From Azolla caroliniana (Eukaryota > Plantae > Polypodiophyta), in assembly GCA_043228905.1 (NCBI GenBank), contig JBHGNT010000007.1:8742001-8806000 (forward strand): a DNA stretch of 64,000 bases, given 5' to 3'. Shown piece by piece: positions 48,952-62,282 of this stretch. Positions within the stretch are counted from its first letter, which is position 1. Every line of letters begins with the position of its first letter. The notes under the pieces are model-generated. The model was not told where the DNA came from. It did not search any database and saw nothing but the letters and a program-made list of their open reading frames with translations. Position numbers and translations under genes: made by a program.

Positions 48952-49023
48952 TCCATTGTAGTCTAGTTGGTTAAATTACTCGGCTTTCACCTGAGCGACC
49001 CAGGCTTAATGCCGATAATGGAA
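48952..49023 (+). pseudogene. tRNA-Glu pseudogene
   Basis: T-arm destroyed. Confidence 0.8.
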
Positions 49024-49628
49024 ACATCAAGTCTAGTTCAAATTGCATCTTAATCTAAAAAAGTCTCATCATTGACAAATACAAGACATAAAGCTTTGTG
49101 GTGACATAATCTACATGTGGTGGGTTACTATGGTGTCCGCCAATTTGCAATATCCATGCGTATCGAATTGGAAAGTATAATACGTGTTGAAAAACTTAGA
49201 GCGTATCATGTCACATGCACATTCAAAATTAGGTCCTACGATAATATTTGATTAAATCTTGTATGTTATAGTGGGTTAGAATTATTCACTCTATTTCCAA
49301 TCATTGAGGAATCTTTTAATTTGATAAAAAATTCGTCTTCTATAATATAAAGGTTAACATATTAGCCGATTGAACTCAATTTCACTCATATCAAAACTAC
49401 GAGGAGTATTGTTTTATTAAAGTAACGACATTTCTTCATAATTCATTCAAGGGGATCAAATCATATTTCACTTACATGGAAACATAGTTGATGCTCTGTT
49501 TTAGTAAACGAAGAACGACAAAGGCAACACTACGATATCATGTGTCATCTTGCATTCTCGCAATTTATGGTTAATTGAGATTTTAGTTTATTTTACGAAA
49601 GTATCCTTCAACTTTTATAACTCCATAA

Positions 49629-49701
49629 TCCATTATCATCTAGCTGGTTAGGATACTCTGTTTTCACACGAGCGACCTGGGTTCAAGTAGCGTCAATGGA
49701 A
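49629..49701 (+). pseudogene. tRNA-Glu pseudogene
   Basis: Mismatches in all arms. Confidence 0.8.
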
Positions 49702-50292
49702 ACATCAAGTCTTGTTCAACTTGGATCTTATACGAAGAAAGTCTCATAATTGACAAATAGAAAACATAAAACCTTGTGGTCAGATGATCTGCATGTTGTG
49801 GGTTACAATGGTAGCCTCTAATTTCGAATATCGATATGTATCGAATCTAAAAGTATAATACGTGTTGAAAAGCCTAAAGTGTATCATGTGACTTACATAT
49901 TCAAATTTAGGTCTTACCATAAATATCTGATTAAATCTTGTGGGTTAGCGTTATTCACTGTATTCCCAAGCATTTAGGAATCTTTTAATTCGCCTTCTAT
50001 AACATAAATCGTAACATATTAGCCGATTGAACTCAATTTCACTCGTATCAAAAGTACGAGGTATATTGCTTAATTAAAGTAACGACATTTCTTGATAATT
50101 CATTCAAGGGGATAAAATCACGTTTCACTTAAAAGGAAACATATTTGATGCTCTACTTTAGTAAATAAAGAACCACGAGGGCAACACTAGGATATCATGT
50201 GTTATCTTGCGTTTCCGCAATTTATGATTAATTAAGATTTTATTTTACTTTAGAGAAACATCCTTCAAATCTGTCTACTCCATACTCAATAC

Positions 50293-50365
50293 TCCATTGT
50301 AGTTTCGTTGGTTAGGATACTCGGCTTTCACCCGAGCGACCCGGGTTCAAGTCCCGGCAATGGAA
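50293..50365 (+). tRNA. tRNA-Glu(UUC), D-arm variant
   Basis: Two D-arm substitutions, otherwise consensus. Confidence 0.55.
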
Positions 50366-50900
50366 ACATCAAGTCTAGTTCAGGTGGCATCTTATACGAA
50401 AAAATCTAATAAATGACAAATACAAGACATAAAACCTTGTGGTAACATAATCTACATGTAGTGCGCTACAATGGTGGCCTCCAATTCCAATTGAATTTGA
50501 AAGTATAATACATGTTCAAAATTAGCTCTTACGATAAATACCTAATTAAATCTTGTGGGTTAGAGTTATTCACTGTATTCCCAAGCAGTTAGGAATCTTT
50601 TAATTCGCCTTCTATAACATAAATCTTAACATATTAACCGATTGTACTCAATTTCACTCTTATCAAAAGTACGAGGTATATTGTTTAATTAAAGTAACGA
50701 AATTTCTTGATAATTTATTCAAGGGTATAAAATCACGTTTCCCTTAAAAGGAAACATACTTGATGCTCTACTTTAGTAAATGAAGAACCACGAGGGCAAC
50801 ACTAGGATATCATGTGTTATCATGCGTTTCCGCAATTTATGGTTAATTGAGATTTTATTTTATTTTAGGGAAATATCCTTCAAATCTGTCTACTCCATAC

Positions 50901-50973
50901 TCCATTGTAGTCTAGTTGGTTAGGATACTCGGCTTTCACCCGAGCGACCCGGGTTCAAGTCCCGGCAATGGAA
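50901..50973 (+). tRNA. tRNA-Glu(UUC), intact
   Basis: 73-nt cloverleaf TCCATTG/CAATGGA, CTCGG-CT-TTC-AC-CCGAG, CCGGG-TTCAAGT-CCCGG. Confidence 0.93.
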
Positions 50974-51621
50974 ACATCAAGTCTACTTCAGGTGGCATCT
51001 TATACGAAAAAATATAATAAATGACAAATACACGACATAAAACCTTGTGGTAACATAATCTACCTGTACTGCGCTACAATGGTGGCCTCCAATTCTAATT
51101 GAATTTGAAAGTATAATACATGTTGCTAAACCTAAAGCTGGCCTCCAATTGCAATTGAATTTGAAACTATAATAAGTGTTGCAAAACCTAAAGCGTATCA
51201 TGTGACTTGTGCATTCAATATTAGGTCTTACCATAAATATGTGATTAAATCTTGTATGTTATAGTGGGTTAGAATTATTCAGTCTATTCCCAATCATTGA
51301 GGAATCTTTTAATTTGATAAAAAAATCGGGTTCTATAACATAAAGCTTAACATTTTAGCCGATTCAACTGAATTTCGCTCATATCAAAAGTATGAGGTAT
51401 ATTGTTTAATTATAGTAACGACATTTCTCGATTATTCATTCAAGGGGATAACGTCAGATTTCACTTAAAACAAAACATACTTGATGCTCTCCTTCAGTAA
51501 ACAAAGAACCACGAACCCAACACTACGATATCATGTGTCATCTTGCATTTCCACAACTTATGGGTAATTGAGATTTTATTTTAGTTTAGAGAAACATCCT
51601 CGAACTTTGTCAAGTCCATAC

Positions 51622-51694
51622 TCCATTGTAGTCTAGTTGGTTCGGATACTCTGCTTTCACCTGAGCGACCCAGGTTCAAGTATCGTCAATGGAA
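51622..51694 (+). pseudogene. tRNA-Glu HOR variant (broken T-stem and B box)
   Basis: CTCTG/CTGAG, TTCAAGTATCGT. Confidence 0.78.
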
Positions 51695-52285
51695 ACATCA
51701 AGTCTTGTTCAACTTGGATCTTATACGAAGAAAGTCTCATAATTGATAAATAGAAAACATAAAACCTTGTGGTCAGATGATCTGCATGTTGTGGGTTACA
51801 ATGGTAGCCTCTAATTTCGAATATCGATATGTATCGAATCTAAAAGTATAATACGTGTTGAAAAACCTAAAGCGTATCATGTGACTTACATATTCATATT
51901 TAGGTCTTACCATAAATATCTGATTAAATCTTGTGGGTTAGCGTTATTCACTGTATTCCCAAGCATTTAGGAATCTTTTAATTCGCCTTCTATAACATAA
52001 ATCGTAACATATTAGCCGATTGAACTCAATTTCACTCGTATCAAATGTACGAGGTATATTGCTTAATTAAAGTAACGACATTTCTTGATAATTCATTCAA
52101 GGGGATAAAATCACGTTTCACTTAAAAGGAAACATATTTGATGCTCTACTTTAGTAAATGAAGAACCACGAGGGCAACACTAGGATATCATGTGTTATCT
52201 TGCGTTTCCGCAATTTATGGTTAATTAAGATTTTATTTTACTTTAGAGAAACATCCTTCGAATCTGTCTACTCCATACTCAATAC

Positions 52286-52358
52286 TCCATTGTAGTCTAG
52301 TTGGTTAGGATACTCGGCTTTCACCCGAGCGACCCGGGTTCAAGTCCCGGCAATGGAA
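52286..52358 (+). tRNA. tRNA-Glu(UUC), intact
   Basis: Identical to consensus. Confidence 0.93.
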
Positions 52359-52900
52359 ACATCAAGTCTAGTTCAGGTGGCATCTTATACGAAAAAATCT
52401 AATAAATGACAAATACAAGACATAAAACCTTGTGGTAACATAATCTACATGTAGTGCGCTACAATGGTGGCCTCCAATTCCAATTGAATTTGAAAGTATA
52501 ATCCATGTTCAAAATTAGCTCTTACGATAAATACCTAATTAAATCTTGTGGGTTAGAGTTATTCACTGTATTCCCAAGCAGTTAGGAATCTTTTAATTCG
52601 CCTTCTATAACATAAATCTTAACATATTAACCGATTGTACTCAATTTCACTCTTATCAAAAGTACGAGGTATATTATTTAATTAAAGTAACGAAATCTCT
52701 TGATAATTCATTCAAGGGGATAAAATCACGTTTCACTTAAAAGGAAACATACTTGATGCTCTACTTTAGTAAATGAAGAACCACGAGGGCAACACTAGGA
52801 TATCATGTGTTATCTTGCATTTCCGCAATTTATGGTTAATTAAGATTTTATTTTACTTTAGAGAAACATCCTTCGAATCTGTCTACTCCATACTCAATAC

Positions 52901-52973
52901 TCCATTGTAGTCTAGTTGGTTAGGATACTCGGCTTTCACCCGAGCGACCCGGGTTCAAGTCCCGGCAATGGAA
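52901..52973 (+). tRNA. tRNA-Glu(UUC), intact
   Basis: Identical to consensus. Confidence 0.93.
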
Positions 52974-53610
52974 ACATCAAGTCTACTTCAGGTGGCATGT
53001 TATACGAAAAAATCTAATAAATGACAAATACACGACATAAAACCTTGTGGAAACATAATCTACCTGTACTGCGCTACAATGGTGGCCTCCAATTCTAATT
53101 GAATTTGGAAGTATAATACATGTTGCTAAACCTAAAGCTGGCCTCCAATTGCAATTGAATTTGAAACTATAATACGTGTTGCAAAACCTAAAGCGTATCA
53201 TGTGACTTATTAGGTATTACCATAAATATGTGATTAAATCTTGTATGTTATAGTGGGTTAGAATTATTCAGTCTATTCCCAATCATTGAGGAATCTTTTA
53301 ATTTGATAAAAAAATCGTGTTCTATAACATAAAGCTTAACATTTTAGCCGATTCAACTGAATTTCGCTTGTATCAAAAGTACGAGGTATATTGTTTAATT
53401 ATAGTAACGACATTTCTCGATTATTCATTCAAGGGGATAACATCAGATTTCACTTAAAACGAAACATACTTGATGCTCTCCTTCAGTAAACGAAGAACCA
53501 CGAACCCAACACTACGATATCATGTGTCATCTTGCATTCCCACAACTTATGGGTAATTCAGATTTTATTTTATTTTAGAGAAACATCCTCGAACTTTGTC
53601 AAGTCCATAC

Positions 53611-53683
53611 TCCATTGTAGTCTAGTTGGTTCGCATACTCTGCTTTCACCTGAGCGACCCGGGTTCAAGTATCGTCAATGGAA
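53611..53683 (+). pseudogene. tRNA-Glu HOR variant
   Basis: Broken D- and T-stems. Confidence 0.78.
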
Positions 53684-54264
53684 ACATCAAGTCTTGTTCA
53701 ACTTGGATCTTATACGAAGAAAGTCTCATAATTGACAAATACAAGACATAAAACCCATGTTGTGAGATGATCTGCATGTTGGGGGTTTCAATGGTGGCCT
53801 CTAATTTCGAATATTGAATTTGAAAGTATAATACGTGTTGAAAACCTAAAGCGTATCATGTGACTTACAGATTCAAATTTAGGTCTTACCATAAATATCA
53901 GATTAAATCTTGTGGGTTAGCGTTATTCACTGTATTCCCAAGCATTTAGGAATCTTTTAATTCGTCTTCTATCACATAAATCTTAACATATTAACCGATT
54001 GAGCTCAAATTCACTCTTATCAAAAGTAAGAGGTATATTGCTTAATTAAAGTAACGACATTTCTTGATAATTCATTCAAGGGGATAAAATCACGTTTCAC
54101 TTAAAAGGAAACAGATTTGATGCTCTACTTTAGTAAATGAAGAACCACGAGGGCAACACTAGGATATCATGTGTTATCTTGCGTTTCCGCAATTTATGGT
54201 TAATTAAGATTTTATTTTACTTTAGAGAAACATCCTTCGAATCTGTCTACTCCATACTCAATAC

Positions 54265-54337
54265 TCCATTGTAGTCTAGTTGGTTAGGATACTCGGCTTT
54301 CACCCGAGCGACCCGGGTTCAAGTCCCGGCAATGGAA
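54265..54337 (+). tRNA. tRNA-Glu(UUC), intact
   Basis: Identical to consensus. Confidence 0.93.
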
Positions 54338-54928
54338 ACATCAAGTCTTCTTCAACTTGGATCTTATACGAAGAAAGTCTCATAATTGACAAATAGAAAA
54401 CATAAAACCTTGTGGTCAGATGATCTGCATGTTGTGGGTTACAATGGTAGCCTCTAATTTCGAATATCGATATGTATCGAATCTAAAAGTATAATACGTG
54501 TTGAAAAGCCTAAAGCGTATCATGTGACTTACATATTCAAATTTAGGTCTTACCATAAATATCTGATTAAATCTTGTGGGTTAGCGTTATTCACTGTATC
54601 CCCAAGCATTTAGGAATCTTTTAATTCGCCTTCTATAACATAAATCGTAACATATTAGCCGATTGAACTCAATTTCACTCGTATCAAAAGTACGAGGTAT
54701 ATTGCTTAATTAAAGTAACGACATTTCTTGATAATTCATTTAAGGGGATAAAATCACGTTTCACTTAAAAGGAAACATATTTGATGCTCTACTTTAGTAA
54801 ATGAAGAACCACGAGGGCAACACTAGGATATCATGTGTTATCTTGCGTTTCCGCAATTTATGGTTAATTAAGATTTTATTTTACTTTAGAGAAACATCCT
54901 TCGAATCTGTCTACTCCATACTCAATAC

Positions 54929-55001
54929 TCCATTGTAGTCTAGTTGGTTAGGATACTCGGCTTTCACCCGAGCGACCCGGGTTCAAGTCCCGGCAATGGA
55001 A
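54929..55001 (+). tRNA. tRNA-Glu(UUC), intact
   Basis: Identical to consensus. Confidence 0.93.
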
Positions 55002-55543
55002 ACATCAAGTCTAGTTCAGGTGGCATCTTATACAAAAAAATCTAATAAATGACAAATACAAGACATAAAACCTTGTGGTAACATAATCTACATGTACTGC
55101 GCTACAATGGTGGCCTCCAATTCCAATTGAATTTGAAAGTATAATCCATGTTCAAAATTAGCTCTTACGATAAATACCTAATTAAATCTTGTGGGTTAGA
55201 GTTATTCACTGTATTCCCAAGCAGTTAGGAATCTTTTAATTCGCCTTCTATAACATAAATCTTAACATATTAGCCGATTGTACTCAATTTCACTCTTATC
55301 AAAAGTACGAGGTATATTATTTAATTAAAGTAACGAAATCTCTTGATAATTCATTCAAGGGGATAAAATCACGTTTCACCTAAAAGGAAACATACTTGAT
55401 GCTCTACTTTAGTAAATGAAGAACCACGAGGGCAACACTAGGATATCATGTGTTATCTTGCGTTTCCGCAATTTATGGTTAATTAAGATTTTATTTTACT
55501 TTAGAGACACATCCTTCGAATCTGTCTACTCCATACTCAATAC

Positions 55544-55616
55544 TCCATTGTAGTCTAGTTGGTTAGGATACTCGGCTTTCACCCGAGCGACCCGGCTTCA
55601 AGTCCCGGCAATGGAA
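55544..55616 (+). tRNA. tRNA-Glu(UUC), G53C B-box variant
   Basis: CCGGC-TTCAAGT. Confidence 0.6.
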
Positions 55617-56253
55617 ACATCAAGTCTACTTCAGGTGGCATGTTATACGAAAAAATCTAATAAATGACAAATACACGACATAAAACCTTGTGGAAACATA
55701 ATCTACCTGTACTGCGCTACAATGGTGGCCTCCAATTCTAATTGAATTTGAAAGTATAATACATGTTGCTAAACCTAAAGCTGGCCTCCAATTGCAATTG
55801 AATTTGAAACTATAATACGTGTTGCAAAACCTAAAGCGTATCATGTGACTTATTAGGTATTACCATAAATATGTGATTAAATCTTGTATGTTATAGTGGG
55901 TTAGAATTATTCAGTCTATTCCCAATCATTGAGGAATCTTTTAATTTGATAAAAAAATCGGGTTCTATAACATAAAGCTTAACATTTTAGCTGATTCAAC
56001 TGAATTTCGCTCGTATCAAAAGTACGAGGTATATTGTTTAATTATAGTAACGACATTTCTCGATTATTCATTCAAGGGGATAACATCAGATTTCACTTAA
56101 AACGAAACATACTTGATGCTCTCCTTCAGTAAACGAAGAACCACGAACCCAACACTACGATATTATGTGTCATCTTGCATTTCCACAACTTATGGTTAAT
56201 TCAGATTTTATTTTATTTTAGAGAAACATCCTCGAACTTTGTCAAGTCCATAC

Positions 56254-56326
56254 TCCATTGTAGTCTAGTTGGTTCGCATACTCTGCTTTCACCTGAGCGA
56301 CCCGGGTTCAAGTATCGTCAATGGAA
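56254..56326 (+). pseudogene. tRNA-Glu HOR variant
   Basis: Broken D- and T-stems. Confidence 0.78.
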
Positions 56327-56906
56327 ACATCAAGTCTTGTTCAACTTGGATCTTATACGAAGAAAGTCTCATAATTGACAAATACAAGACATAAAACCTT
56401 GTTGTGAGATGATCTGCATGTTGGGGGTTTCAATGGTGGCCTCTAAATTCGAATATTGAATTTGAAAGTATAATACGTGTTGAAAACCTAAAGCGTATCA
56501 TGTGACTTACATATTCAAATTTAGGTCTTACCATAAATATCTGATTAAATCTTGTGGGTTTGCGTTATTCACTGTATTCCCAAGCATTTATGAATCTTTT
56601 TATTCGTCTTCTATAACATAAATCTTAACATATTAACCGATTGAGCTCAAATTCACTCTTATCAAAAGTACGAGGTATATTGCTTAATTAAAGTAACGAC
56701 ATTTCTTGATAATTCATTCAAGGGGATAAAATCACGTTTCACTTAAAAGGAAACATATTTGATGCTCTACTTTAGTAAATGAAGAACCACGAGGGCAACA
56801 CTAGGATATCATGTGTTATCTTGCGTTTCCGCAATTTATGGTTAATTAAGATTTTATTTTACTTTCGAGAAACATCCTTCGAATCTGTCTACTCCATACT
56901 CAATAC

Positions 56907-56979
56907 TCCATTGTAGTCTAGTTGGTTAGGATACTCGGCTTTCACCCGAGCGACCCGGGTTCAAGTCCCGGCAATGGAA
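56907..56979 (+). tRNA. tRNA-Glu(UUC), intact
   Basis: Identical to consensus. Confidence 0.93.
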
Positions 56980-57521
56980 ACATCAAGTCTAGTTCAAGTG
57001 GCATCTTATTCGAAAAAATCTAATAAATGACAAATACAAGACATAAAACCTTGTGGTAACATAATCTACATGCAGTGCGCTACAATGGTGGCCTCCAATT
57101 CCAATTGAATTTGAAAGTATAATCCATGTTCAAAATTAGCTCTTACGATAAATACCTAATTAAATCTTGTGTGTTAGAGTTATTCACTGTATTCCCAAGC
57201 AGTTAGGAATCTTTTAATTCGCCTTCTATAACATAAATCTTAACATATTAGCCGATTTTACTCAATTTCACTCTTATCAAAAGTACGAGGTATATTATTT
57301 AATTAAAGTAACGAAATTTCTTGATAATTCATTCAAGGGGATAAAATCACGTTTCACTTCAAAGGAAACATACTTGATGCTCTACTTTAGTAAATGAAGA
57401 ACCATGAGGGCAACACTAGGATATCATGTGTTATCTTGCGTTTCCGCAATTTATGGTTAATTAAGATTTTATTTTACTTTAGAGAAACATTCTTCGAATC
57501 TGTCTACTCCATACTCAATAC

Positions 57522-57594
57522 TCCATTGTAGTCTAGTTGGTTAGGATACTCGGCTTTCACCCGAGCGACCCGGGTTCAAGTCCCGGCAATGGAA
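57522..57594 (+). tRNA. tRNA-Glu(UUC), intact
   Basis: Identical to consensus. Confidence 0.93.
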
Positions 57595-58242
57595 ACATCA
57601 AGTCTACTTCAGCTGGCATGTTATACGAAAAAATCTAATAAATGACAAATACACGACATAAAACCTTGTGGAAACATAATCTACCTGTACTGCGCTACAA
57701 TGGTGGCCTCCAATTCTAATTGAATTTGAAAGTATAATACATGTTGCTAAACCTAAAGCTGGCCTCCAATTGCAATTGAATTTGAAACTATAATACGTGT
57801 TGCAAAACCTCAAGCGTATCATGTGACTTGTGCATTCAATATTAGGTCTTACCATAAATATGTGATTAAATCTTGTATGTTATAGTGGGTTAGAATTATT
57901 CAGTCTATTCCCAATCATTGAGGAATCTTTTAATTTGATGAAAAAATCGTGTTCTATAACATAAAGCTTAACATTCTAGCCGATTCAACTGAATTTCGCT
58001 CGTATCAAAAGTACGAGGTATATTGTTTAATTATAGTAACGACATTTCTCGATTATTCATTCAAGGGGATAACATCAGATTTCACTTAAAACGAAACATA
58101 CTTGATGCTCTCATTCATTAAACGAAGAACCACGAACCCAACACTAGGATATCATGTGTCATCTTGGATTTCCACAACTTATGGGTAATTGAGATTTTAT
58201 TTTATTTTAGAGAAACATCCTCGAACTTTGTCAAGTCCATAC

Positions 58243-58315
58243 TCCATTGTAGTCTAGTTGGTTCGAATACTCTGCTTTCACCTGAGCGACCCGGGTTCAA
58301 GTATCGTCAATGGAA
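58243..58315 (+). pseudogene. tRNA-Glu HOR variant
   Basis: Broken D- and T-stems. Confidence 0.78.
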
Positions 58316-58895
58316 ACATCAAGTCTTGTTCAACTTGGATCTTATACGAAGAAAGTCTCATAATTGACAAATACAAGACATAAAACCTTGTTGTGAGATG
58401 ATCTGCATGTTGGGGGTTTCAATGGTGGCCTCTAAATTCGAATATTGAATTTGAAAGTATAATACGTGTTAAAAACCTAAAGCGTATCATGTGACTTACA
58501 TATTCAAATTTAGGTCTTACCATAAATATCTGATTAAATCTTGTGGGTTAGCGTTATTCACTGTATTCCCAAGCATTTAGGAATCTTTTAATTCGCCTTC
58601 TATAACATAAATCGTAACATATTAGCCGATTGAACTCAATTTCACTCGTATCAAATGTACGAGGTATATTGCTTAATTAAAGTAACGACATTTCTTGATA
58701 ATTCATTCAAGGGGATAAAATCACGTTTCACTTAAAAGGAAACATATTTGATGCTCTACTTTAGTAAATGAAGAACCACGAGGGCAACACTAGGATATCA
58801 TGTGTTATCTTGCGTTTCCGCAATTTATGGTTAATTAAGATTTTATTTTACTTTAGAGAAACATCCTTCGAATCTGTCTACTCCATACTCAATAC

Positions 58896-58968
58896 TCCAT
58901 TGTAGTCTAGTTGGTTAGGATACTCGGCTTTCACCCGAGCGACCCGGGTTCAAGTCCCGGCAATGGAA
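58896..58968 (+). tRNA. tRNA-Glu(UUC), intact
   Basis: Identical to consensus. Confidence 0.93.
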
Positions 58969-59510
58969 ACATCAAGTCTAGTTCAGGTGGCATCTTATAC
59001 GAAAAAATCTAATAAATGACAAATACAAGACATAAAACCTTGTGGTAACATAATCTACATGTAGTGCGCTACAATGGTGGCCTCCAATTCCAATTGAATT
59101 TGAAAGTATAATCCATGTTCAAAATTAGCTCTTACGATAAATACCTAATTAAATCTTGTGGGTTAGAGTTATTCACTGTATTCCCAAGCAGTTAGGAATC
59201 TTTTAATTCGCCTTCTATAACATAAATCTTAACATATTAGCCGATTGTACTCAATTTCACTCTTATCAAAAGTACGAGGTATATTATTTAATTAAAGTAA
59301 CGAAATCTCTTGATAATTCATTCAAGGGGATAAAATCACGTTTCACCTAAAAGGAAACATACTTGATGCTCTACTTTAGTAAATGAAGAACCACGAGGGC
59401 AACACTAGGATATCATGTGTTATCTTGCGTTTCCGCAATTTATGGTTAATTAAGATTTTATTTTACTTTAGAGACACATCCTTCGAATCTGTCTACTCCA
59501 TACTCAATAC

Positions 59511-59583
59511 TCCATTGTAGTCTAGTTGGTTAGGATACTCGGCTTTCACCCGAGCGACCCGGCTTCAAGTCCCGGCAATGGAA
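59511..59583 (+). tRNA. tRNA-Glu(UUC), G53C B-box variant
   Basis: Same variant as 55544, 3967 bp away. Confidence 0.6.
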
Positions 59584-60220
59584 ACATCAAGTCTACTTCA
59601 GGTGGCATGTTATACGAAAAAATCTAATAAATGACAAATACACGACATAAAACCTTGTGGAAACATAATCTACCTGTACTGCGCTACAATGGTGGCCTCC
59701 AATTCTAATTGAATTTGAAAGTATAATACATGTTGCTAAACCTAAAGCTGGCCTCCAATTGCAATTGAATTTGAAACTATAATACGTGTTGCAAAACCTA
59801 AAGCGTATCATGTGACTTATTAGGTATTACCATAAATATGTGATTAAATCTTGTATGTTATAGTGGGTTAGAATTATTCAGTCTATTCCCAATCATTGAG
59901 GAATCTTTTAATTTGATAAAAAAATCGGGTTCTATAACATAAAGCTTAACATTTTAGCTGATTCAACTGAATTTCGCTCGTATCAAAAGTACGAGGTATA
60001 TTGTTTAATTATAGTAACGACATTTCTCGATTATTCATTCAAGGGGATAACATCAGATTTCACTTAAAACGAAACATACTTGATGCTCTCCTTCAGTAAA
60101 CGAAGAACCACGAACCCAACACTACGATATTATGTGTCATCTTGCATTTCCACAACTTATGGTTAATTCAGATTTTATTTTATTTTAGAGAAACATCCTC
60201 GAACTTTGTCAAGTCCATAC

Positions 60221-60293
60221 TCCATTGTAGTCTAGTTGGTTCGCATACTCTGCTTTCACCTGAGCGACCCGGGTTCAAGTATCGTCAATGGAA
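60221..60293 (+). pseudogene. tRNA-Glu HOR variant
   Basis: Broken D- and T-stems. Confidence 0.78.
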
Positions 60294-60873
60294 ACATCAA
60301 GTCTTGTTCAACTTGGATCTTATACGAAGAAAGTCTCATAATTGACAAATACAAGACATAAAACCTTGTTGTGAGATGATCTGCATGTTGGGGGTTTCAA
60401 TGGTGGCCTCTAAATTCGAATATTGAATTTGAAAGTATAATACGTGTTGAAAACCTAAAGCGTATCATGTGACTTACATATTCAAATTTAGGTCTTACCA
60501 TAAATATCTGATTAAATCTTGTGGGTTTGCGTTATTCACTGTATTCCCAAGCATTTATGAATCTTTTTATTCGTCTTCTATAACATAAATCTTAACATAT
60601 TAACCGATTGAGCTCAAATTCACTCTTATCAAAAGTACGAGGTATATTGCTTAATTAAAGTAACGACATTTCTTGATAATTCATTCAAGGGGATAAAATC
60701 ACGTTTCACTTAAAAGGAAACATATTTGATGCTCTACTTTAGTAAATGAAGAACCACGAGGGCAACACTAGGATATCATGTGTTATCTTGCGTTTCCGCA
60801 ATTTATGGTTAATTAAGATTTTATTTTACTTTCGAGAAACATCCTTCGAATCTGTCTACTCCATACTCAATAC

Positions 60874-60946
60874 TCCATTGTAGTCTAGTTGGTTAGGATA
60901 CTCGGCTTTCACCCGAGCGACCCGGGTTCAAGTCCCGGCAATGGAA
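60874..60946 (+). tRNA. tRNA-Glu(UUC), intact
   Basis: Identical to consensus. Confidence 0.93.
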
Positions 60947-61488
60947 ACATCAAGTCTAGTTCAAGTGGCATCTTATTCGAAAAAATCTAATAAATGACAA
61001 ATACAAGACATAAAACCTTGTGGTAACATAATCTACATGCAGTGCGCTACAATGGTGGCCTCCAATTCCAATTGAATTTGAAAGTATAATCCATGTTCAA
61101 AATTAGCTCTTACGATAAATACCTAATTAAATCTTGTGTGTTAGAGTTATTCACTGTATTCCCAAGCAGTTAGGAATCTTTTAATTCGCCTTCTATAACA
61201 TAAATCTTAACATATTAGCCGATTTTACTCAATTTCACTCTTATCAAAAGTACGAGGTATATTATTTAATTAAAGTAACGAAATTTCTTGATAATTCATT
61301 CAAGGGGATAAAATCACGTTTCACTTCAAAGGAAACATACTTGATGCTCTACTTTAGTAAATGAAGAACCATGAGGGCAACACTAGGATATCATGTGTTA
61401 TCTTGCGTTTCCGCAATTTATGGTTAATTAAGATTTTATTTTACTTTAGAGAAACATTCTTCGAATCTGTCTACTCCATACTCAATAC

Positions 61489-61561
61489 TCCATTGTAGTC
61501 TAGTTGGTTAGGATACTCGGCTTTCACCCGAGCGACCCGGGTTCAAGTCCCGGCAATGGAA
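61489..61561 (+). tRNA. tRNA-Glu(UUC), intact
   Basis: Identical to consensus. Confidence 0.93.
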
Positions 61562-62209
61562 ACATCAAGTCTACTTCAGCTGGCATGTTATACGAAAAAA
61601 TCTAATAAATGACAAATACACGACATAAAACCTTGTGGAAACATAATCTACCTGTACTGCGCTACAATGGTGGCCTCCAATTCTAATTGAATTTGAAAGT
61701 ATAATACATGTTGCTAAACCTAAAGCTGGCCTCCAATTGCAATTGAATTTGAAACTATAATACGTGTTGCAAAACCTCAAGCGTATCATGTGACTTGTGC
61801 ATTCAATATTAGGTCTTACCATAAATATGTGATTAAATCTTGTATGTTATAGTGGGTTAGAATTATTCAGTCTATTCCCAATCATTGAGGAATCTTTTAA
61901 TTTGATAAAAAAATCGTCTTGTTTAACATAAAGGTCAACATATTAGCCGATTGAACTCAATTTCACTCGTATCAAAAGTACAAAGTATATTGTTTAATTA
62001 TAGTAACGACATTTCTCGATTATTCATTCAAGGGGATAACATCAGATTTCACTTAAAACGAAACATACTTGATGCTCTCATTCATTAAACGAAGAACCAC
62101 GAACCCAACACTAGGATATCATGTGTCATCTTGGATTTCCACAACTTATGGGTAATTGAGATTTTATTTTATTTTAGAGAAACATCCTCGAACTTTGTCA
62201 AGTCCATAC

Positions 62210-62282
62210 TCCATTGTAGTCTAGTTGGTTCGAATACTCTGCTTTCACCTGAGCGACCCGGGTTCAAGTATCGTCAATGGAA
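62210..62282 (+). pseudogene. tRNA-Glu HOR variant
   Basis: Broken D- and T-stems. Confidence 0.78.
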
